Assembly (NCBI GenBank): GCA_943788175.1
Contig: CALSPG010000007.1
Location: forward strand, 96,001-160,000
Direction: 5' to 3'
DNA: 64,000 nt
Origin: an uncultured bacterium
GTDB taxonomy: Bacteria > Fidelibacterota > Marinisomatia > Marinisomatales > UBA1611
In this document: positions 58,664-64,000 of the stretch, in pieces
How positions within the stretch are numbered: position 1 is the stretch's first letter
Layout: each line of letters begins with the position of its first letter
The notes under the pieces: generated by a model
Told to the model about the DNA's origin: nothing
The model's database searches: none
Seen by the model: the letters and a program-made list of their open reading frames with translations, nothing else
Position numbers and translations under genes: made by a program

Positions 58664-59692
58664 ATGACTGATATATTTATTACAGACCCAAGTCCCTTTG
58701 AAGAAGATATAATTTTAGAGAAATCACTTCGGCCTGTTAAATTCGATGAATTTATTGGTCAGAAAAAATTAGTTGATAACTTAAAGTTATATATTGATGC
58801 TGCAAATGGAAGAGAAGAAGCACTTGACCATGTTTTATTATTTGGACCTCCAGGCCTAGGTAAAACCACATTAGCTAATATCATTTCTAAGGAGTTAAAT
58901 GTGAGTATTAAGCAAGCGTCTGGCCCTGTAATTGATCGAGCCGGAGACTTAGCTGGCATGTTGACAAATATACAGTACAGAGATGTCTTTTTCATTGATG
59001 AAATCCACAGATTAAATAGTGTTGTCGAAGAATATTTGTACTCAGCAATGGAAGATTTCAAAATTGATATCATGATTGATAAGGGTCCAAGTGCTCGAAG
59101 TGTGCAGCTAGACGTAGACCCTTTTACTTTAGTTGGAGCAACAACTAGGTTGGGAAATTTAACCTCCCCATTAAGAGATAGGTTCGGCATTGTTTTGAGA
59201 GTAGATTATTATGGTGCCGAGGATTTATTCCATATAATTTGCAGATCTGCAGAAATATTAGAAGTTAAAATAGATGACAAGGGCGCGATGGAGCTCGCGA
59301 AGAGAAGCAGAGGCACCCCTAGAGTAGCGAATCGAATACTTCGGAGAGCAAGGGACTATGCCCAAGTAAAAGCAAGCGGAGAAATTACTTATGAAGTCGC
59401 AAACAAAGCGTTAAACCGTCTAGGCGTTGATGAATTTGGACTAGATATAATGGATAGAAATATTTTAGAAGTATTAATAGATAAATTTTCAGGCGGCCCC
59501 GTAGGCATAAAATCATTAGGCGTTGCAGTAGGAGAGGACCCTGCAACTATAGAGGACGTGTATGAACCATATCTAATTAAACAAGGATTCATGCAAAGGA
59601 CTTCAAGGGGAAGAATTGCTCAAGAATCAGCATACGAACTACTTGAAAAACCAATAAACAAAAATAACCAAAAGGATTTATTCAATGATTGA
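58664..59692 (+). CDS. ruvB: Holliday junction branch-migration helicase RuvB
   Basis: [47 protein letters not shown]. Confidence 0.98.
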   Translation: MTDIFITDPSPFEEDIILEKSLRPVKFDEFIGQKKLVDNLKLYIDAANGREEALDHVLLFGPPGLGKTTLANIISKELNVSIKQASGPVIDRAGDLAGMLTNIQYRDVFFIDEIHRLNSVVEEYLYSAMEDFKIDIMIDKGPSARSVQLDVDPFTLVGATTRLGNLTSPLRDRFGIVLRVDYYGAEDLFHIICRSAEILEVKIDDKGAMELAKRSRGTPRVANRILRRARDYAQVKASGEITYEVANKALNRLGVDEFGLDIMDRNILEVLIDKFSGGPVGIKSLGVAVGEDPATIEDVYEPYLIKQGFMQRTSRGRIAQESAYELLEKPINKNNQKDLFND

Positions 59693-60740
59693 AAAAAAGA
59701 AAAAATTTAAACTTGGAGATTTCGATTACCCATTGCCAAAAAAGTATATTGCCCAGTACCCAGGCGAAAAGAGAGACCAGTCTAAACTAATGGTAGTTGA
59801 TAGGGAGAAAAAAACTATTGAGCACAAAAAATTTAGTAATATTGTAGATCACTTAAGAAAAAATGATTTATTAATCTTAAATAACACAAAGGTATTCCCA
59901 GCTAGGTTATTTGCGACTAAAGATAGAACAGATGCTAAAGTGGAAGTATTTCTTTTGAGAGAACTTGCTCAAAATTTATGGGAAGTAATGGTTCGCCCGG
60001 CAAGAAAAGTTAGGATAGGAAATAAGTTAGTTTTCACACCAAAACTAATGTGCGATGTGATTGATAATACTGTCTCAGGTGGAAGGGTTGTTCGGTTTGA
60101 ATCTGAAAGTCAAGAAGAACTTCATAAAATAATCGATAAAATAGGTACTTCTCCATTACCACCATACATCACTAGAGACCCAGAGCCTAGCGATAAGAAG
60201 AGGTATCAAACAGTATATGCTTCTGAACGTGGCGCTGTTGCTGCCCCTACTGCCGGTCTTCATTTCACAAATGATTTAATAAAAAAACTTGAAAAAAAAG
60301 GTGTGAAAATAGAATACATTACCCTGCATATCGGTCTTGGAACTTTTAGGCCTGTTCAAGTTGAAGATTTAAATAGGCATCAAATGGATTCCGAATACTT
60401 TGAGGTTTCACCAAAAACAGCCATGGCAATAAATGATGCTAGAAAAAGGCATCGGAAAATTGTAGCTGTTGGAACTTCGACAATTAGAGCATTAGAAACC
60501 GTGGTCGTTTCGGGTTTTATGGTATCACCAAAACGCGGTTGGACAGATAAGTTTATTTATCCTCCTTATGACTATAAAATGGTTGATTCAATGATTACTA
60601 ATTTTCATACTCCAAAGTCTACATTAATGATGATGGTTAGTGCTTTTGCTGATATTGATTTGTTGAAAAAAGCCTATCGTGAAGCAAAAAAACATGATTA
60701 TAATTTTCTGAGTTATGGCGATGCGATGATTATCGTATAG
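59685..60740 (+). CDS. queA: tRNA preQ1(34) SAM ribosyltransferase-isomerase
   Basis: [51 protein letters not shown]. Confidence 0.97.
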   Translation: MIEKKKKFKLGDFDYPLPKKYIAQYPGEKRDQSKLMVVDREKKTIEHKKFSNIVDHLRKNDLLILNNTKVFPARLFATKDRTDAKVEVFLLRELAQNLWEVMVRPARKVRIGNKLVFTPKLMCDVIDNTVSGGRVVRFESESQEELHKIIDKIGTSPLPPYITRDPEPSDKKRYQTVYASERGAVAAPTAGLHFTNDLIKKLEKKGVKIEYITLHIGLGTFRPVQVEDLNRHQMDSEYFEVSPKTAMAINDARKRHRKIVAVGTSTIRALETVVVSGFMVSPKRGWTDKFIYPPYDYKMVDSMITNFHTPKSTLMMMVSAFADIDLLKKAYREAKKHDYNFLSYGDAMIIV

Positions 60741-60755
60741 CATCATAAAAGTGAT

Positions 60756-61433
60756 TTGAATAAAGTTTCTGCTATAATTCTTGCTGCTGGTTCTGGCACT
60801 AGATTTGGAGAGAAAAAACAATTTAAAAATCTTAACGGTAACCCAATATGGACTTACTCTTTAAAAACTTTTGTTCAATCAAAATATGTTGGAGAAGTGA
60901 TACTGGTTATTCCTCAAGAGTTTTTATCAAAAATTCAGAGTTCTCAAACGATTAAAAAATTTTCTAATCAAATTGATATTAAAATCGTTAAAGGTGGTAA
61001 GTCGAGACAAGATTCAGTAATGAACGGCTTAAGCGTCGTCAAAAAAAAATACAATCTTGTTTGTATTCACGACGCAGCTAGGCCTTTTGTTAGATCTTCA
61101 TATATAAAAAAAACTATTGAAGCTTGTACTGAGTTTGATAGTTCAATTGTAGCAGTTGCCGCTACAGATACTGTAAAAAAAGTTGAAAATGAGATAATTA
61201 AAAAGACCATAGATAGAAATTATATTTGGATGGCTCAGACACCACAAACTTTTCAAAAAGAAAAACTTTTAAAAGCATTTAAATTATTTTCTCAAGTCAA
61301 TATTACTGATGAAAGTATGATAATGGAATTAGCTGGTTTTTCAACAAAAATTATAGAAGGAGACCCAAATAACTTAAAGATTACGAAAGCTTTGGACTGG
61401 GAATTAGCAAAATTAATTGAGGGTAAAATATAA
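60756..61433 (+). CDS. ispD: 2-C-methyl-D-erythritol 4-phosphate cytidylyltransferase
   Basis: LAAGSGTRF..KKQF, GG.SRQDSV.NG, IHDAARP, AQTPQ, NLKIT; TTG start. Confidence 0.95.
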   Translation: MNKVSAIILAAGSGTRFGEKKQFKNLNGNPIWTYSLKTFVQSKYVGEVILVIPQEFLSKIQSSQTIKKFSNQIDIKIVKGGKSRQDSVMNGLSVVKKKYNLVCIHDAARPFVRSSYIKKTIEACTEFDSSIVAVAATDTVKKVENEIIKKTIDRNYIWMAQTPQTFQKEKLLKAFKLFSQVNITDESMIMELAGFSTKIIEGDPNNLKITKALDWELAKLIEGKI

Positions 61434-61435
61434 AA

Positions 61436-61924
61436 ATGGTACGGTCAGGAATAGGGTTTGATGTTCATCAATTAAAAAACGGGTTTGATTTGTACGTAGG
61501 TGGAATAAAAATTAAATCTGATCTTGGGTCTTTGGGCCATTCTGATGGAGACGCTCTAATTCATGCTATTGTTGATGCCTTGCTTGGGGCGGCATGTCTT
61601 GGCGATATAGGTAAATATTTTCCTAGTAATCAGAAAAAGTGGAAAGGCGTTGAAAGTGAATTATTTTTATTTGAAACAAAGAAGCTTTTATCGCGTAATG
61701 GGTTTCAAATATCAAATATCGACAGTACAATCATATTACAAAAGCCAAGAATAGAAAACTATCTTCTTGAAATTCGAAAAAATATATCCAGCATATTAGA
61801 CATTGATTATAAAGTCGTTTCTATTAAAGCCACTACTACTGATTATCTTGGATATGTTGGAAAATCAAAAGGTTGGAGTGTAATGTCAATTGCCACAATC
61901 AATGATTCAAATGAAATCAATTAA
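61436..61924 (+). CDS. ispF: 2-C-methyl-D-erythritol 2,4-cyclodiphosphate synthase
   Basis: GIGFDVHQL, GHSDGD..IHAI.DALLGA..LGDIG, SIKATT. Confidence 0.96.
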   Translation: MVRSGIGFDVHQLKNGFDLYVGGIKIKSDLGSLGHSDGDALIHAIVDALLGAACLGDIGKYFPSNQKKWKGVESELFLFETKKLLSRNGFQISNIDSTIILQKPRIENYLLEIRKNISSILDIDYKVVSIKATTTDYLGYVGKSKGWSVMSIATINDSNEIN

Positions 61925-62756
61925 AATAAATTCTTATGCCAAAGTAAATATTGGGCTTAAAATTTTAAATAAAAGAAGTGATGGTTATCACAATATTAGT
62001 ACTGTTTTTCAAGAAATTGATTTGTTTGATAGTATAACTATTTCAAAGTTTAATGGCCCTCTTAGATTTAGTTCAAATGTAGATTGGTTACAAAATGACC
62101 AAAATAATCTTTGTGTAATAGCATATAATTATATCAAAAATCTGTATAAGATTGGTGGCGCAAATATCGTTTTAAAAAAAAATATTTCAAGAGGTAGCGG
62201 CCTTGGAAGCGGCTCGTCAAATGCAGCGACTATAATGAAAGGGCTTCGAGAAATTTATAATTTGAAGGTAACAGATAACGAACTTATAAAAATTGGTTCG
62301 AGAATAGGCGCTGATGTACCATTTTTTATTAATGGCTTTACTCAGGTTGGTGAAGGTATTGGCGAAAAGTTAACAATTATAAATTCTTCGATGGATGCCC
62401 AATATTTAATTGTTACACCTGACATATCAATTGATACGAAATGGGCCTATTCGCAATACAAAAATAATTTGGATAACTGTTCTTCACCTACTAAGTTTTC
62501 AGACTTAATTCGTGGCAAGTCAATTAATCTTGACATGCTAAAGTTTTTTGAGAATGATTTTGAATCTGTTGTTTTTCCAACATATCCAGAGATTGGTGCA
62601 ATAAAAAACAAACTACTTGCTCTAGGAGCAAAGTTTGCCAGTCTGTCGGGTTCTGGCTCGACTGTGTATGGGATTTTCGATGATGATGCTAATATTAATA
62701 AAGCATTTTCTCATTTTTTTCCAAGACACAAGACATTTATCGCACATCCTGTTTAA
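61911..62756 (+). CDS. ispE: 4-diphosphocytidyl-2-C-methyl-D-erythritol kinase
   Basis: AKVNIGL....R.DGYH, GSGLGSGSSNAA, GADVPFF, NDFE, SGSGS; ATG 61911. Confidence 0.95.
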   Translation: MKSIKINSYAKVNIGLKILNKRSDGYHNISTVFQEIDLFDSITISKFNGPLRFSSNVDWLQNDQNNLCVIAYNYIKNLYKIGGANIVLKKNISRGSGLGSGSSNAATIMKGLREIYNLKVTDNELIKIGSRIGADVPFFINGFTQVGEGIGEKLTIINSSMDAQYLIVTPDISIDTKWAYSQYKNNLDNCSSPTKFSDLIRGKSINLDMLKFFENDFESVVFPTYPEIGAIKNKLLALGAKFASLSGSGSTVYGIFDDDANINKAFSHFFPRHKTFIAHPV

Positions 62757-62778
62757 TTAGTTGGTAAAATAAAAAAAT

Positions 62779-62849
62779 TGGGGCGTCGTCTAATGGTAGG
62801 ACACCTGGTTTTGGTCCAGGCAGTAGGGGTTCGACTCCCTTCGCCCCAG
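62779..62849 (+). tRNA. tRNA-Gln (TTG); CCA end not encoded
   Basis: Acceptor TGGGGCG/CGCCCCA, anticodon arm CCTGG-TTTTGGT-CCAGG, T arm GGGG-TTCGACT-CCCT; conserved ispE-tRNA-Gln-prs-rplY context. Confidence 0.96.
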
Positions 62850-62863
62850 CAACTAAAGTAAAA

Positions 62864-63808
62864 ATGAAAAGAGACTTGAAAATATTTAGTGGTAGGAGCA
62901 ATCCTGCTTTAGCATCGAAAATTGCTGAGTCAGCTAGTTGTAATCTAGGTGAAATGTCAATAAAGACATTTTCTGATGGTGAAATTTGGGTTAAATATGA
63001 AGAAAACATAAGAGGACAAGATGTTTTTTTAATTCAATCTACGAATGGCCCTTCTGAAAACATTATTGAATTAGCACTCATGACAGATGCTGCAGTTCGA
63101 GCGTCTGCCAGTACTGTAAATATTATTGTTCCTTATTTTGGCTACGGCCGACAAGATAGAAAAGATCAACCACGCGTTCCGATATCATCGAGAGTAATGA
63201 TTGATATTTTAACTAGTGCGGGAGCAGATAGAATAGTTACAATGGACTTGCATTCAACTCAAATTCAAGGTTTTGCAAAAATCCCATTTGACCATCTTTA
63301 TAGCAGGATGGTTCTAATGGACGCAATATCTCAACTAAAATTGAATCCGAAAAATTCAACTGTTTTATCTCCTGATGTCGGTTCTGCTGCGATGAGTCAG
63401 GCTTATGCAAAGCGTTTGGGTATGCACTTTGCTTTAATTGATAAAAGGAGATTCGCACCTAATCAGGCTAAAGTCAGTCATCTAATTGGCGAGCTTGATG
63501 GTATGGATGTTCTTATTATCGATGATATGATTGATACTGCTGGCACAACTGTTGGTGCGGCTGAAGCAGCGATTAAAAAAGGTGCTAAATCTGTTTCTGC
63601 GATAGCTACTCATGGAGTTTTATCTGGGCCTGCAATCAAAAGACTGCAAGAAGCTCCTATAAAAAATTTGGTTGTGACAGACACAATCTTTATCCCAGAA
63701 CAAAAAAGATTAAGTAATATGAAAATTGTAACAGTTGCTAACGTATTTGGTGCGGCTATAAATCGCATACATAATGGTGAATCCGTTAGTGCATTATTTG
63801 AATTTTAA
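62864..63808 (+). CDS. prs: Ribose-phosphate pyrophosphokinase
   Basis: FSDGE, PYFGYGRQDRK, DLHSTQIQGF, SPDVG, DKRR, IDDMIDTAGT, THGVLSG. Confidence 0.98.
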   Translation: MKRDLKIFSGRSNPALASKIAESASCNLGEMSIKTFSDGEIWVKYEENIRGQDVFLIQSTNGPSENIIELALMTDAAVRASASTVNIIVPYFGYGRQDRKDQPRVPISSRVMIDILTSAGADRIVTMDLHSTQIQGFAKIPFDHLYSRMVLMDAISQLKLNPKNSTVLSPDVGSAAMSQAYAKRLGMHFALIDKRRFAPNQAKVSHLIGELDGMDVLIIDDMIDTAGTTVGAAEAAIKKGAKSVSAIATHGVLSGPAIKRLQEAPIKNLVVTDTIFIPEQKRLSNMKIVTVANVFGAAINRIHNGESVSALFEF

Positions 63809-63823
63809 AAAGGAGAAATAGAG

Positions 63824-64000
63824 ATGGGTGCATCTTATTATAAATTAGATATTGAAAACAGAGATTCAGTTGGTAAAAAATCAACAAAAGAAATGCGAAA
63901 AGAAGGTAAAGTTCCAAGTACGCTTTATTTTAAAGGGGAAGAGCCAGAAAGTATCGCTGTTGAAAAATTAAAGCTATATCAAGCTCTTAAATCTGATCAG
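63824..64000 (+). CDS. rplY: 50S ribosomal protein L25/Ctc, 3'-truncated by the window edge
   Basis: AAGGAG SD then MGASYYKLDIENRDSVGKKSTKEMRKEGKVPSTLY; follows prs. Not present in the supplied ORF track. Confidence 0.88.
   Translation, partial: MGASYYKLDIENRDSVGKKSTKEMRKEGKVPSTLYFKGEEPESIAVEKLKLYQALKSDQ

Noticed and set aside
62779-62863. tRNA as an integration site for an island
   Set aside because: No integrase and no duplicated tRNA 3' end seen; ispE-tRNA-Gln-prs-rplY synteny is intact.

Overview
AT-rich, densely coding bacterial chromosome segment with about 50 CDSs, tRNA-Gln(TTG) and no CRISPR array or mobile element. The gene repertoire suggests an FCB-group marine bacterium, most likely Ca. 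Marinimicrobia/SAR406 (inference). The clues are an FCB-type sdhCAB, tonB-exbD-exbD-exbB, a CotH/lamin-tail protein with an 'FPNPFN' C-terminal domain, and MORN and FG-GAP surface proteins. Most genes are housekeeping: ppdK, sdhCAB, lpxB/lpxK, ychF, fabA, uvrA, ruvB, queA, ispDFE, prs and rplY. The standout is a self-contained 7-gene operon (10064-18115) running from a sigma70 promoter to an intrinsic terminator. It encodes a PomA/PomB-like stator and a remodelled FliF with only RBM3, no RBM1/2 and a ~200-aa periplasmic coiled coil. It also encodes a FliG lacking the FliM-binding EHPQR motif and three exported proteins, one a putative outer-membrane beta-barrel fused to coiled-coil and TPR regions. 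No switch, export, rod, hook or filament genes occur in the window, so this is a candidate non-flagellar, switchless, envelope-spanning rotary machine. Other leads are a shared C-terminal G[FW]P..AWG anchor motif, Leptospira-like lipid A modification genes, a run of exported beta-repeat proteins, and enrichment of Bacteroidota-type O-glycosylation sequons.
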